Origin: Octopus vulgaris
Lineage: Eukaryota
Direction of reading: 5' to 3'
DNA length: 64,000 bases
Assembly (NCBI GenBank): GCA_951406725.2
Contig: OX597834.1
Location: forward strand, 11,470,001-11,534,000
Part shown: positions 13,771 to 27,872 of the stretch, one piece after another
Layout: each line of letters begins with the position of its first letter
Position numbering within the stretch: the first letter of the stretch is position 1
Notes under the pieces: model-generated
The model's database searches: none
Told to the model about the DNA's origin: nothing
What the model saw: only the letters and a program-made list of their open reading frames with translations
Position numbers and translations under genes: made by a program

Positions 13771-14655
13771 CATATATATGGATATATATATATATGTATA
13801 TCATAGAGATACTCATGCATTTGTACATACTAGCAAAAATACGTACGCTCTCAGATATTGTTTACATACATACATAAATAATACATTCATACACATCTAA
13901 GCATTGAATACTGGGAATAAAATTAAAAAAAGCCGAACATGACGTGCGATGTTTGAACGGTTTTCAAAAATTAAGCTAAATGCAATTATCTCACAGAGAA
14001 AACACTTGGAAGTGAGACGCATAATCACATACGAACACATACACTCACACGTACATACTCCATTCAAGACACACGCAGAGACAGATACAGGAGTGCGGAG
14101 ATCAAGGGAGAGATAGAAAAAGCTAAAGCATCTGCAAATGACTCGACTGGTTTAAGCTTAAAGAATACGGTTGGAATCAATACATGTATAGGATACAACG
14201 CATTAAAATAGAGATTTAATCTATCTATGTGCGTATGCATAGATGAATGCACAGCTACCATTGCTCGCATTCGTCCGTGCATGTAACATACGTGCGTATA
14301 TTGCACACACACAGTTATGAATTACTAAAGTGCATAGCCAAGTGGTTCAGGCGTTACTGTCAGGTTCATAAGGTCGTGCGTTCGATTTTGCGACGCGATG
14401 GCGTGGCCTATTGCGTCGTTGAGTAAGTGTTTACATTTCGCGTAATTTAAATCTATTCTATTCAAAAATGTGTCCCAGCTGTGTGAAGGGGCAGCTCTCG
14501 TTAATTCTCTGTAACTGCAGCCCTCACAACTCCATTTAGTTCACCGTGTGAATTGTAGAAATGGCTGAGAAAATAGTGCTTTACTACCTAGGAACCTGAT
14601 AGATATAACAACAGTGCAGTACACGTTAGCAACTGTGTGTATATATACACACACT

Positions 14656-15045
14656 GTGGAGGAGCAATGGCCCAGTGGTTAGGGCAGCGGACTCGCGGTC
14701 ATAGGATCGCGGTTTCGATTCCCAGACCGGACGTTGTGAGTGTTTATTGAGCGAAAACACCTAAAAGCTCCACGAGGCTCCAGCAGGGGACGGTGGTGAT
14801 CCCTGCTGTACTCTTTCACTACAACTTTCTCTCACTCTTACTTCCTCTTTCTGTTGTACCTGTATTTCAAAGGGCCGGCCTCGTCACTCTCTGTGTCACG
14901 CTGAATATCCCCGAGAACTACGTTAAGGGTGCACGTGTCTGTGGAGTGCTCAGCCACTTACACGTTAATCTCACGAGCAGGCTGTTCCGTTGATTCGGAT
15001 CAACCGGAACCCTCATCGTCGTAACCGACGGAGTACTTCCATCCA
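14656..15045 (+). mobile_element. SINE family X, tail type a
   Basis: A box TGGCCCAGTGG, B box GGTTTCGATTCC; tail ends GACGGAGTACTTCCATCCA. Confidence 0.85.
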
Positions 15046-15805
15046 TGGATTGTAACATAAAGAACTTCGCAAACATTTTTACAAGTGCAATGGAATGATT
15101 TAGGCCGAATGAACGGGAAGTTAATCCTAGAACTCATAAATTTTATTTGCGAAAATTAAACAAACACACCTAAAAATGTGTTTGTATAAATTATTCGAAA
15201 TTTTGTTACCTCTACACACTTAATACAGCCATATAAAAGCGTAGAATAAGATGGCAAACCTCCATTCAAACGCCACCAAATGATAATGAAATAACAATTA
15301 CGAAAGCACTTCCAGTTGACGTCAGTATAAACATTTACACTAAAACCAGTATAATACAATTCTGTAATAATGTCTATATTGAGAGAATATGGCTTCGTTC
15401 ACCATAATCGCTATGTCTGGAAAGGAAGCCAATCTCTTTACAATGTGGCAGATCCTATCACAAAAGTCAAACCATGCATCTATCTCTTGCCTAACGTAAG
15501 AGTCTTTTGTGTGTGCTCTAAACAGAACAGCTCCGAAAAAATCTATCAAGCACGATCCTTTGTGATTTACCGCCAGTGAAATTATTCGAGGACTGCAGGT
15601 AAATTCTCATCCTTTTAATCTTCATTAGATAAGCTGCCTCTATCGGTATCCTGCACAACGCATTATTACACCAAGTCTATATTTTAGAACTACTTCCAGA
15701 TGAGGGATTAATTATTGTTAGCAAGGTCAATGGTTAACAACTGATGATATACATGCGCCCGTACACAAATACTTACACTCACACCCACACACTCTCACAT
15801 ACAAA

Positions 15806-15846
<41 letters not shown>

Positions 15847-15848
15847 GC

Positions 15849-16158
15849 GGAGGCACATGGCCTAGTGGTTAGAGCAGCACACTCACGGTCGAGGGATTGC
15901 GGGTTTGAATCTTCAGACCGGGCGGTGTGTGTTTTTATGAGCGAAAACACCTAAGCTCCACGCGACTCCGGCAGAAGGCAATGGCGAACTTCTGCTGACT
16001 CTTTCGCCACAACTTTCTCTCACTCTTTCCTCCTGCAACTTGCAGCTCACCTGCGATGGACGGGTGTCCCGTCCAGGTGGGGAACCTATACACCAAGGAA
16101 ACCGGGAAACCGGCCCTTATGAGGCAGGCGTGGCTCGAGAAGTAACAAAGAGCAACAA
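15849..16158 (+). mobile_element. SINE family X, tail type b variant
   Basis: Same head; tail CCTGCGATGGACGGGTGTCCCGTCCAGG..AAACCGGGAAACCGGCCC. Confidence 0.8.
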
Positions 16159-16170
16159 TATATATATATC

Positions 16171-16518
16171 TCTTTTACTTGTTTCAGTCATTTGACTGCG
16201 GCCATGCTGGAGCACCGCCTTTAATCGAGCAACTCGATCCCGGGTCTTATTCTTTTGTAAGCCCAGTACTTATTCTATCGGTCTCTTTTGCCGAACCGCT
16301 AAGTGACGGGGACATAAACACACCAGCATCGGTTGTCAAGCAATGCTAGGGGGACAAACACAGACACGCACACACACTCATATATATATATATATACATA
16401 TATACGACGGGCTTCTTTCAGTTTCCGTCTACCAAATCCACTCACAAGGCTTTGGTCGGCCCGAGGCTATAGCAGAAGACATGTGGTTGGTAAACAAGCT
16501 ACTTACCACACAGCCGCG
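16171..16518 (-). mobile_element. SINE family Y with internal deletion
   Basis: Reverse complement of the family Y consensus; lacks the CORE-like segment. Confidence 0.8.
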
Positions 16519-16741
16519 ACATACACGAATACGTATGCACTATTATAGAAATCAGTTGTTCCGATGGTGTGAATATCTCTTCCGAAATTAAAGTAGATAA
16601 TGCAGATGGACAACTGCTTCAAAACCTTCGGCTTGGGGATTCACGTTTATACGTTTAATAATAGATGCATTCAGCTGTGTGATCAAATACCTGCCTGACA
16701 ATCTGGTTAAGCTGGGTGTTTTTAGAAAAATGAATCAACAA

Positions 16742-17031
16742 GTGACGTATATTTGCCATTTAAATATGGCTAAGCCTTAAGGGTGGATGCTACTGTAGTT
16801 TGTAGCCCTAGGAGGACACCTCCTCCAGCTGGCTTTAGACACACTTTCTGTGCCTTATCAGTATTTGCAAAGGGAAGCCATCCTTCCCGCCATGGCTTCC
16901 CTTTGCAAATACTGATAGGGCACAGAAAGTGTGTCAATAGCCAGCTGGAGGAGGTGTCCTCCTAGGGCTACAAACTACAGTAGCATCCACCCTTGGGGGT
17001 TAGCCATATTTAAATGGCAAATATACGTCAC
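16742..17031. repeat. Long inverted repeat (140-bp arms, 10-nt loop)
   Basis: 16742-16881 pairs with 16892-17031; a single arm recurs at 59101-59250. Confidence 0.95.
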
Positions 17032-17097
17032 GATGTGTTGCGGCTACTGTTTATAACTCGCTCTAAGTTTTATTATTGAATCAACAAGTTATTAATA

Positions 17098-17494
17098 GTG
17101 GCTGTGTGGTAAGTAGCTTGTTTACCGACCACATGGTTCCGGGTTCAGTCCCACTGCGTGGAACCTTGGGCAAGTGTCTTCTACTATAGCCTCGGGTCGA
17201 CCAAAGCCTTGTGAGTGGATTTGGTAGACGGAAACTGAAATAAGCCTGTCGTATATGTATATATATGTATGTGTGTGTATGTGTTTGTGTGTCTGTGTTT
17301 GTCACCCTAGCATTGCCTGACAACCGATGCTGGTGTGTTTATGTCCCCGTTACTTAGCGGTTCGGCAAAAGAGACCGATAGAATAAGTACTGGGCTTACA
17401 AAAGAATAAGTCCCGGGGTCGAGTTGCTCGACTAAAGGCGGTGCTCCAGCATGGCCGCAGTCAAATGACTGAAACGAGTAAAAGAGTAAAGAGT
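17098..17494 (+). mobile_element. SINE family Y, near full length (tRNA head, CORE-like box, internal microsatellite, AAAGAGT tail repeats)
   Basis: GTGGCTGTGTGGTAAG..CGGGTTCAGTCCC, then CCTTGGGCAAGTGTCTT (CORE-like), ending GAAACGAGTAAAAGAGTAAAGAG. Confidence 0.85.
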
Positions 17495-18270
17495 ACATTT
17501 TAAAATGCGATCAGTAAGTGGGAGTGTAAAAATATTCAAAACTTTTGCCCAAGTTCGAAATGTGATTCTCTGTTTGTTATCTGCATTTCAGCGATGGGAA
17601 TTAGTATCTATGTTAGAAACCAGTTCCGTTCATACAGTAATATTTCAAACAAATTTGGAACGCATATGTATGCATATGGATGTAAGCATGTACATATAAA
17701 TGTATTATTACTTCGGTACCATATTTATATGTGGGTTTGTTTGTGTAGGCGTGTGTGTGTATGTGGATGTGAACTATGTACATTTTCTAAAGTATAGAAA
17801 ATGAAAAAAAAAAAAAAAATAAGAAAGTGATACATTCTGTAAGTGACAACAAATACTGTAAAAATGATAAAAGATTCACAGAAGTCATATGGCGACGATA
17901 TATTAATATATAACATGTAACGAAGAAGAAAGGTTATGGAAAGTCTAAGAAAGCTTAAAGGCATGGTCGAAATCTGATGATGTATTTAAAACACAGCGAG
18001 GACGTCTATACCTCCTGCGTCGATTAATTAATCCCAGTAATGTGCTGGAGTCGTTTCAATCGAGTGTAAATATTCAATTATACGTACTTGCTGTTTTTTT
18101 TTTCTGTTTGAAGGTTAAAATTGAACATGCAAACCAAATTTTAAAAAATTGTATATTCGATTTGTATGAATCGCCCTCTTTTGAAGTAATGCAAGAGAAA
18201 GTGCAGATGAATAAGAAGTAGCTGGCACGGCGATTGAATTTAATTCATCATTTGATGTAAACAGGACGAA

Positions 18271-19168
<898 letters not shown>

Positions 19169-19529
19169 AACAGTATCTCGTAGCGTGTAATAGCAACATT
19201 ACCAAATAAGGTCATATTCAGTGTATACGTACATACTTTTTAACAATTATTTGACCGCATATATAGCACGAAAAAACATTGTTACTTAGAGGGTTATTAT
19301 TATAGCAGAAATAATACTGATATATTCTGATCGATGTTCAACTATTAACGTACTATACAAGCATTACTGATTCTGATTGATGCAAAAGCCTAGCAGTTGT
19401 AAAGAAATGGTATTGGTCGATGGCATCGACTCCTGTGCTATTCTGTTGGCGTTTGTTATCGACATCGAAAGGACGAACTACAAACAGCTAATAGCTGAAC
19501 TCAGGAAGTAAAGAGCAACCTTCAATAGT

Positions 19530-19921
19530 GGATGGAAGCGCTCCGTCGATTACGACGATGAGGGTTCCGGTTGATCCGAATCAACGGAACAGCCTGCTCG
19601 TGAAATTAACGTGTAAGTGGCTGAGCACTCCACAGACACGTGCACCCTTAGCGTAGTTCTCGGGGATATTCAGCGTGACACAGAGAGTAACAAGGCCGGC
19701 CCCTTGAAATACACGTACAACAGAAACAGGAAGTAAGAGTGAGAGACAGTTGTGGTGAAAGAGTACAGCAGGGATCACCACCATCCCCTACCGGAGCCTC
19801 GTGGAGCTTTTTTTAGGTGTTTTCGCTCAATAAACACTCACAGCGCCCGGTCTGGGAATCGAAACCGCGATCCTATGACCGCGAGTCCGCTGCCCTAACT
19901 ACTGGGCCATTGCGCCTCCAC
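19530..19921 (-). mobile_element. SINE family X, tail type a
   Basis: Reverse complement of 14656-15045; TSD ACCTTCAATAGT at 19518-19529 and 19922-19933. Confidence 0.9.
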
Positions 19922-20122
19922 ACCTTCAATAGTAAGAGTGACTCTGACTATAAAAGTCTTGAAATATCTGAGGAGGTTTTCAGATGATAAGAGCGACCCG
20001 AATACATGAGCAGTATTCTAGATGCGAACTCAGAACAAGAGAAAGGAAAAAACGCATAAATATGACTGCGATTTTATAACATATACTGCACTGCTAATTA
20101 AAATATATGACTAAAAACTGGT

Positions 20123-20157
20123 CAGATTTGGTAGACGGAAACTGAAAGAAGCCCGTC

Positions 20158-20216
<59 letters not shown>

Positions 20217-20447
20217 CGTGTGTGTTTGTGTGCCTGTGTTTGTCCCCCTAACATTGCTTGACAACCGACGCTGGTTTGCTTACGTCCCCGTAAATTAGCG
20301 GTTCGGCAAAACAGACCTGTAGAATAAGTACTAGGCTTACAAAGAATAAGTCTTGGGGTCGATTTCCTCGACTAAAGGCGGTGCTCCAGCAGCGCCACAG
20401 TCACATGACTGAAACAACTAAAAGAGTAAAGAGTAAAAAAGAGAGTA
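20123..20447 (+). mobile_element. SINE family Y, 5'-truncated
   Basis: Starts at GATTTGGTAGACGGAAACTG; full tail present. Confidence 0.8.
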
Positions 20448-21482
20448 TAAAAACCGCATTATTTATGGGATAACCCAACACACAAATAGTCATATACGAA
20501 CGTGTGCCTATGTCTGTATATGTATGCAATATCTATATGAATGCAACCGTGCATGCATGTATGTACGTGCGTGTGTGTATGTATAAAAATAAGCACGCAC
20601 ATTTCCAAGTTTTTGCAATTCAAATGTAAGATCCACAGCTGAGATTTGTGTGTAAATCGCTACTCCAGACAGATTACTACACAAGATCAGCAGAAGATAA
20701 ATGGCTACTATACGTTTCATGATACTTTCTTAACTATACTAATAGTATTTGAAGATTTAACAGAATGTAATCGAGGATGAAGTTTTACAGTCAGTCAGTT
20801 AGTTCGCTAAGCTGAGATACAGAGAATTGGTATCTGCAAAGCTTATTTGTATGGCATAGACTAGACAACTAGTATAACTTCGTGTGGCGATTGTACAATC
20901 CTAATATATACAGGGATTATTAAAACAAGTAGTAGATGACAAAAAAAAAAAAGAAAAGTTTTCTCTTTAAATCCTCGTTTATCGCTGGATTAAAACCAGA
21001 AGACGTTTAGAGAGAACGCTTAGCAAAATATAGTTCAACGTGTCATCAAATATAAAAAAATTCATCTATAAAGCAAGCAGAAATCTCAAAATTAGTAGAT
21101 TTTATAGTGTTTGCATGTGAATCCTAGAGAGAATTATTCTTTTAAAGATATTTACAAAGAAACAGCAAAATGTTTTTTTGGATTATAAATCAGGTTTTTT
21201 GTGGGGAAAATTATTCTACATGAACACAATAGACGATTTTACAGTACCAGATTTCTTATCCGGCTTTTCAGAAATACTAAATTTCCGGAAATCTGGGATT
21301 AGGATGAAGTATCGCATAATATACCACACCTTATACAGAGTCAAAAGACCCTGTTTTTGAAGCTGATTGATTTTGCATGCAGCGTGTTGAAAATAGATTT
21401 ATTATTTTATAAAAATCAAACATACTTTAAGAATTTTATTAATATCTACATGTATCTATATTAATTTGTACATGTATTTATA

Positions 21483-21880
21483 GGAGCAGAAGTGGCTGTG
21501 TGGTAATTAGATTGCTTACCAGCCACATGGTTCCGGGTTCATTCCCACTGCGTGGCACCTTGGACAAGTGTATTCTACTATAGCCTCGGGCTGACCAAAA
21601 CCTTGTGAGTGGATTTGGTAGACGGAAACTGAAAGAGGCCCGTCGTATATATGTGTATATCTGTATATAAATGTATGTGTGTGTGTTTGCGTTTCTGTGT
21701 TTGTCCCCCCAACATCGCCTGACAACGGATGCTGGAGTGTTTATATCCTAGTAACCTAGCGGTTCGGTAAGAGTATCGATAGAATAAGTACTAGGCTTAC
21801 AAAGAATAAGTCCTCGGATCGATTTGCTCGACTAAAGGCTGTGCTCCAGCATGGCCGCAGTCAAATGACTGAAGCAAGTA
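21483..21880 (+). mobile_element. SINE family Y, near full length
   Basis: Matches 17098-17494. Confidence 0.85.
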
Positions 21881-21917
21881 TATGAGATTAGACTGTATAC
21901 ATGATACAGCAAGATAT

Positions 21918-22230
21918 TTTTTATGCGCCCTTTTCAAGCCTAGCCAGGCTCATGGGCCCGGTTTCCCGGTTTCTGTGGCGTATGTCTTCCTCCCAGCTGG
22001 ACGGAACGCCAGTCCATCGCAGGGTTACTCAAGAAATAGGAAGACAGTGTGAGGGAAAGTTGGGGCGAAAGAGTACAACATTGGTCGCCACCACGCCCTG
22101 CCGGAGCCTCGTGGAACTTTTAGGTGTTTTCGCTCAATAAACACACACAACACCCGGTTTAGGAATCGAAACTGCGATCCTCCTACCGCGAGTCCGCTGC
22201 TCTAACCACTGGGCCATTGCACCTCCACAG
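21918..22230 (-). mobile_element. SINE family X, tail type b
   Basis: Matches 4552-4866; TSD CAAGATAT at 21910-21917 and 22233-22240. Confidence 0.85.
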
Positions 22231-22543
22231 AACAAGATATATCTCGAGAATTTTAAGTGGATTAGTAAATAACATACTGACTCTGATTTAGAAGTGTATT
22301 AGCTTGAATCTTTTAGATATAATTTATCACTTTATTTTTCTTAGTTTATTCTATATTTTAAATACATATAAACAGATAGAGTGGTTGTATACTGTCAATT
22401 TAACGTGACAGACCCGTATGGGAATTACACCACAGCTGTTTAGCCATAGGAAGCATTGAACGCTTCCTGTCGGCTTTGATAAATTTTCTGTGTCCTTATA
22501 TTTGTGAAGGGGAGGCAAGCACCCCTACTAGCCAAGATTCACA

Positions 22544-22590
22544 CCTGAAGACATGCATGTTTCTGGGTCTTAACCCGTCATCAGCCCAGG
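22544..22590 (-). ncRNA. Type I hammerhead ribozyme, canonical core, GUC cleavage triplet
   Basis: Minus strand CCTGGG-CTGATGA-C-GGGT(TAAG)ACCC-A-GAAAC-ATGCAT-GTC-TTCAGG: 6-bp stem I (2 G-U) and palindromic stem III ACATGCATGT. Confidence 0.85.
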
Positions 22591-23894
22591 ATAGTGAGAT
22601 CTGCTGATTGAGGTGCCCGTCCAGCCTTCACAAATATATATATATTTACAGTGAAATCTGATATAAACAGATGTTCTCCAAAAAACTAGAAAATCCAGTA
22701 ATTCCAGTTTCAAGCATATCGATACGGTACCAATAAAAAACAGTGTTTTAAGACTACAACACAGTTATGAGAACAAATAACAAGTTGTACAATTATCTAA
22801 CTTGTTATGAATATTCAAATTTCTGATATGACGATTAAACAACACTTCGCACTCAGGCGAGCTAAAGAGAAAAAGACGAAAATAAAAATCTGTATATGGC
22901 TTGTACAATTTGAATGGGAGGTATTTTACCCGAAATATCAGGACCATTATCTATTTCAAACATAACAGAACAATTTTTTCCATATTCTTATTGTTGCATG
23001 ACCTTCAAAATAATTGCTTTAATATTCCACCGCACTTTCAAGCAAACTACAGCATATTTCTATTAAATTAGAGTTTCAATAAAACAGACGATTAGGAAAT
23101 ACAAACCACTGCGCAAACTATATAGAAGCTATTTGACTGGCAGTTATTTTTTATATGTGGTTTAGTTAAAATTTTGTGGAGATCAAGCGGTTTTGTGATC
23201 AAAAATTATTTAAAGGATTTACACTTCAATTCATTTACAATTTTGAGAGAAATTTTTCTAGCATCTCCAGGTGAATTTTGACTGCGTGGTGTATTCCGAC
23301 TTTGACTTAAGTTATATTGATTTGTTGGACAGACACAAGACCAAACTAGTAGCAATTTAAATTAGAATTCTGACGCAATTAATGTACGTTAGATCTAATT
23401 TTCCTGAGTAAATGAGACTCCAGATATTAAACAACGTTCATTTCCCCGCTAGAACATTTCTCACTCCACGAAGGTTGCAGATAGCATTGAGTGTTGTAAC
23501 AAAATAAAATAAATCTACGCAATCTGAATTATTCATCCAATTAAATCGAAGAAAAAAGCCGTACGGAATTTGTTAGAAAGTATAAAAAAAAAAAAAAAAA
23601 AAAAAAAAAGGGAAAATTAATTTAAATCGAAGATTGAGAATTTCTATCTTCGAAACTAATACGGAGTTTGATTCCTGCTACAACTGCTTGTGGTTCAATC
23701 AGTATAGTTTTGAATATCTTTTTCGCCAATTCGTTAATATATTTTTCGCCAATATTGTTAAAAGTTTTTGAAAATGAATTTTTGTATAAAAGGAACTCAA
23801 AAATTATGCAGAGAACTGTAATAAAGTGATTAGCGTCATATTTAAGAAACCTTGTCCACGCTTATATACATTCGATGGTCGTTGATTGTTATAA

Positions 23895-24162
23895 GGCGGT
23901 TTAGGGCAGCGGACTCACGGTTTCGATTCTCAGACCGGGCTTTGTGAGTGTTTATTGAGCAGAAACACCTGAAGCTCCACGAGGCTCCAGCAGGGTGTGG
24001 TGGCGATCCTTACTGTACTCTTTCGACACAACTTTCTCTCACTCTTTCTTCTGTTGGTCTGCTCGCTTAGCCAGCGGGTTGGAGTCATTTGAAGGCTAAA
24101 ACAATGCGAAGCACATTGTGACCGGGGATGTGTAGCAACATCTGATAGCCTGGTCGGTCACG

Positions 24163-24166
<4 letters not shown>
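23895..24166 (+). mobile_element. SINE family X, tail type c
   Basis: Family X head and body, then an unrelated tail CTGCTCGCTTAGCCAGCGGG..GGTCGGTCACGGTGATA. Confidence 0.75.
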
Positions 24167-24202
<36 letters not shown>

Positions 24203-24292
24203 ACTGATTTCTTACCATGTAGCTTGGAAGAAGTAAGCTTATTACCACATAGCCACGCTTTTGCCGCTATATATATATATATTATATATATA

Positions 24293-24490
24293 TTTCTTTA
24301 TTGGCCACAAGGGCTAAACATAGAGGAGACAAACAAGGGAAGACACAGGGATTAAGTCGATTAGATCGACCCTGGTGTGTAACTGGTACTTTATCGAACC
24401 CGAAAGGATGAAAGGCAAGGTCGACCTCGGCGGAATTTGAACTCAGAACGTAGCGGCAAACGAAATACCGCTAAGCATTTCGCCCGCTCG
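24293..24490 (-). mobile_element. SINE family Z, tail A monomer
   Basis: Matches the family Z core and tail A. Confidence 0.8.
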
Positions 24491-26864
24491 ACACCTGTAT
24501 ATATATATATATATATATAAATATATATATTACATATACATACACACACACAACGATCAAAGCATTGTAGCATCAAATTCTCTGGCATACCATGTGTAGT
24601 TTTCTGAGCGTCCGCCACATTAAATAATAAAGATAAATTGAAGTTGTTATTTGCTAGTATCGGCAAACTTCAACGATTCAATCACTAAACGTCACACCGA
24701 AACCTTTTGGAAAAAGGAGATATATACGAATATATGTGTGTGTACGTGTGAGGTGTGTATATGTGTTCATATATTTGTATGTATGTATGTGAGTATATGT
24801 GTGTTTGCTGTGCGTTGTTGCCTGTGTGTGTGTACATATGTACAAGAATGACATTTTGAATCTGTTAGTGAATTTTCGCAACGAATCAAGTAGAAATGCC
24901 CTCGGTTTGTTTTTAAAAGAATCCCAACCAATTCATAGGAACTCTGCCGCCAACTACAGCAACAAGGAACAATCATACAAAAATAATAACAAAGTTTATC
25001 AGAGAAATCTCTCTATCATTATAATCATCATCATCATCGATTATATGAAAGCAAAAGGAAAAAAAAAAAGGAGAAACGCACAAGAAGAAAACCTATTACA
25101 TTCAAAGCTAATCACAGGAAGTAGAAAGCGGCACTTAGCGGATACCAATTAACAATGTCACTTAAACTTAAAATAACTACGAAAACATCAAATTGAATTT
25201 CAAAAGCAATTTGGAATTATTTCACTTGAAAGCCGATTATCTTAATGGGTTTCCCTTCAGTTGTAGATTTTTCTTAAAATAATAACAAAAAAAAAAAATT
25301 AGCCAAAGAAAATAACAACAAAAAAAAACTATGTTGATATTGTTGTTTCCATTGTTATGTTTAGTTTTGTTGCTGGTATGGTAATTTTTTTTTTTCCTGA
25401 AGTTACAGAAAACAAAACATATAACGGACAAAAATCAGGGAGAAAAAATAACAAAGAACCAACGATAAATGAAAAAGTAAAGGCCCATCAAAATTCTGGA
25501 CACTTTTCTAATATTAATCGGTTTTTGTATGCGTTTATATGTGTCTGCTCGTGTTTCTATTATTATTATTATTATTATTATATCGTTGTTTTAATCAAAT
25601 GCCAAATCTTGTGGGTGTTATTATAGGGTTGAATTCATTTGTGAATTTTTATATTCTATTGAAATTTATATTTTATTCAATTTTATTTCAAATTCTAAGC
25701 GTAAAGTTTGTCAGCTAAAATGATTTGTTGCCTTTCTCACTGCCTACGCTTTTGTTTATAGGCAAGATGAATACAATACACATACACGAGTACGTACATA
25801 CATTGTTTTCACCATATCCTTTACTTCTTCATTTTGTTTTTCAAGTGAAATTTTTTTTTTATTCATCTTAACTCAAACAAAATGACACAAACGTGTTGCA
25901 ATAGTTGACCCAGAGAATTAAGTGGTTGTCTCCCAGTACTGTGGAGCGTATAGTGAAAGGTATAGAATCTTTTCTACTGCTCCACATATCTGTCAGCATA
26001 TCAGATTAGAAAATATCAAAATATGAGCATTAAACGCAATAATGTGTTGCCTAATTAAAGCGAAAACGGATTCATGTTGTTTTATCTGTGGCCATCCCAT
26101 CTCTTAGTTAATTTAAACACAGGTTATCTAAAACTACGTTATGCTACTAATTTTTAAAAATTTTTACCTTAGTAGGGTGTTATTGAGGTATATGATGTTG
26201 TTTAACCAATTAAACGGTTGTCACTTTTACGGTGAAGCTATTGTTTGCCTGTAACGTTAATGCTTAATACTCAAGTAAATTTATGCTCAAAGTTATTCCA
26301 CCCACGTTCAATTCTTTGTTTTATCCAGACACAATGCATCTCGGGTTTCATTATAACATGAAACCATTATTAGATTTGAATTCATCCATTGATAACGAAA
26401 TCTACTATCTTCTAGTCGGCTCAATGCTGTCTTACTGACTCCCGACCTTAGCACCCGGTTTATTTAATTTACGTTCATCTTCGGGCAATTTTTGTTCTTT
26501 CATTATCAAACGCGAAGAATTTTATCTAATGCGTATTTATTTCATGTAAAACACGGTGATCTTCCAAAGGGATTTTTCCAACATTTGTTTCAATACATTT
26601 TTGCGTTTAGACATTGGAATTAACAAATTGTGATTGATCTGATATATACCTCTAAAATGAAAAAGTATTTTAAAATCAGTGATAATTGATTATAACCTTT
26701 GGATCAGATGAACACCTAGGAAGCCATAGGTTTCAGGATGTACAGTAACTGCACGTTAATAATATTGCCAACCAACTGTACAGAGATCTGTTATTGAACA
26801 TGCCAGTCATTTCATACTTGTTCGGTGAAACAAATGTCTGCCATTATTTAAGTATGCAATAATC

Positions 26865-27425
26865 AGGCACAAAGTCTGATATTTGGTGAGAGGGGACAAG
26901 TAGATTACATTGACTACAGTGTTTCACTGAGACTGAAAGTATGGAAGACAAAGTCACCTCGGCGGAATTTGAACTCAAACATATCGACGGGCGAAATACC
27001 ATTAAGCATTTCGCTCAGTTTGCTAAAATTTCTTATTTCTTTATTGCCCACGAGGAGCTAAATATAGAGTGGACAAACAAGGACAGACAAAGGGATTAAG
27101 GCGATTACATCAACCCCAGTGCGTAACTGGTACTTATTTTATCGACCCCGAAAGGATGAAAGACAAAGTCGACCTCGGTGGAATTTCAACTCACAACGTA
27201 GCTGCGAACGAAATACCTATTTCTTTATTACCCACAAGGAACTAAAAATAGAGTGGACAAAAAAGGACAGACAAAGGGATCAAGTAGATTATATCGACTC
27301 CAGTGCGTAACTGGTACTTATTTAATCGACCCCGAAAGGATGAAAGGCAAAGTCGACCTCGGCAGACGAAATACCGATATGCATTTCGCCTCGCGTGCTA
27401 ACGTTTCTGCCAGCTCACCGCCTTA
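26865..27425 (-). mobile_element. SINE family Z cluster (old tail-B copy plus tail-A dimer)
   Basis: Three cores; junction GAAATACCTATTTC at 27210. Confidence 0.8.
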
Positions 27426-27446
27426 CAACAATTTAATATTTTAAGC

Positions 27447-27505
<59 letters not shown>

Positions 27506-27837
27506 TTTTGCTCTTCGCCCATTATATAGTTTTCTTATTATCGATTTAGTCTGACTAAAGAGAAATAATTCGCTCCATTCCTCATAAAGAATGGCTTTTG
27601 CTTTCTCACTGCCTACGCTTTTGTTTATAGGCATGAATACAAACACATACACGAGTACGTACATACATGTGACTATCCATACCCATGCCAAACACCTACA
27701 AAACGTGAGTACGTCTGTGTATGAATGCGTGTACTTAAGTGTATGTATTTGGGATGTGTGTATTCAAAATGTGACCGCGTGTGTACCGTTAGCGATTTTT
27801 TTCCTCTGTCTTCCCTTCTCTAGATCTTTCCTTCTAT

Positions 27838-27872
27838 GTTTCCGACGAAGAGCTCCGCTCGAAACGTTAGAC
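27838..27872 (+). ncRNA. Minimal type I hammerhead motif (U4C variant) within element 27766-27975
   Basis: GTTT-CCGACGA-A-GAGC(TCC)GCTC-GAAAC-GTT-AGAC. Confidence 0.6.

Noticed and set aside
14656-14730. tRNA genes suggested by A and B boxes
   Set aside because: They are SINE heads continuing into repeated bodies with TSDs; no complete cloverleaf.
14793-14993. Recurrent peptide MVIPAVLFH..SRLFR (also 19581 and 53546) looking like a gene family
   Set aside because: Incidental ORF within SINE family X tail a.
15370-15605. Possible host exon (69-aa ORF; CAG|GTAAAT donor-like site at ~15598)
   Set aside because: No recognisable domain and stops in the candidate frames; cannot be supported without RNA data.
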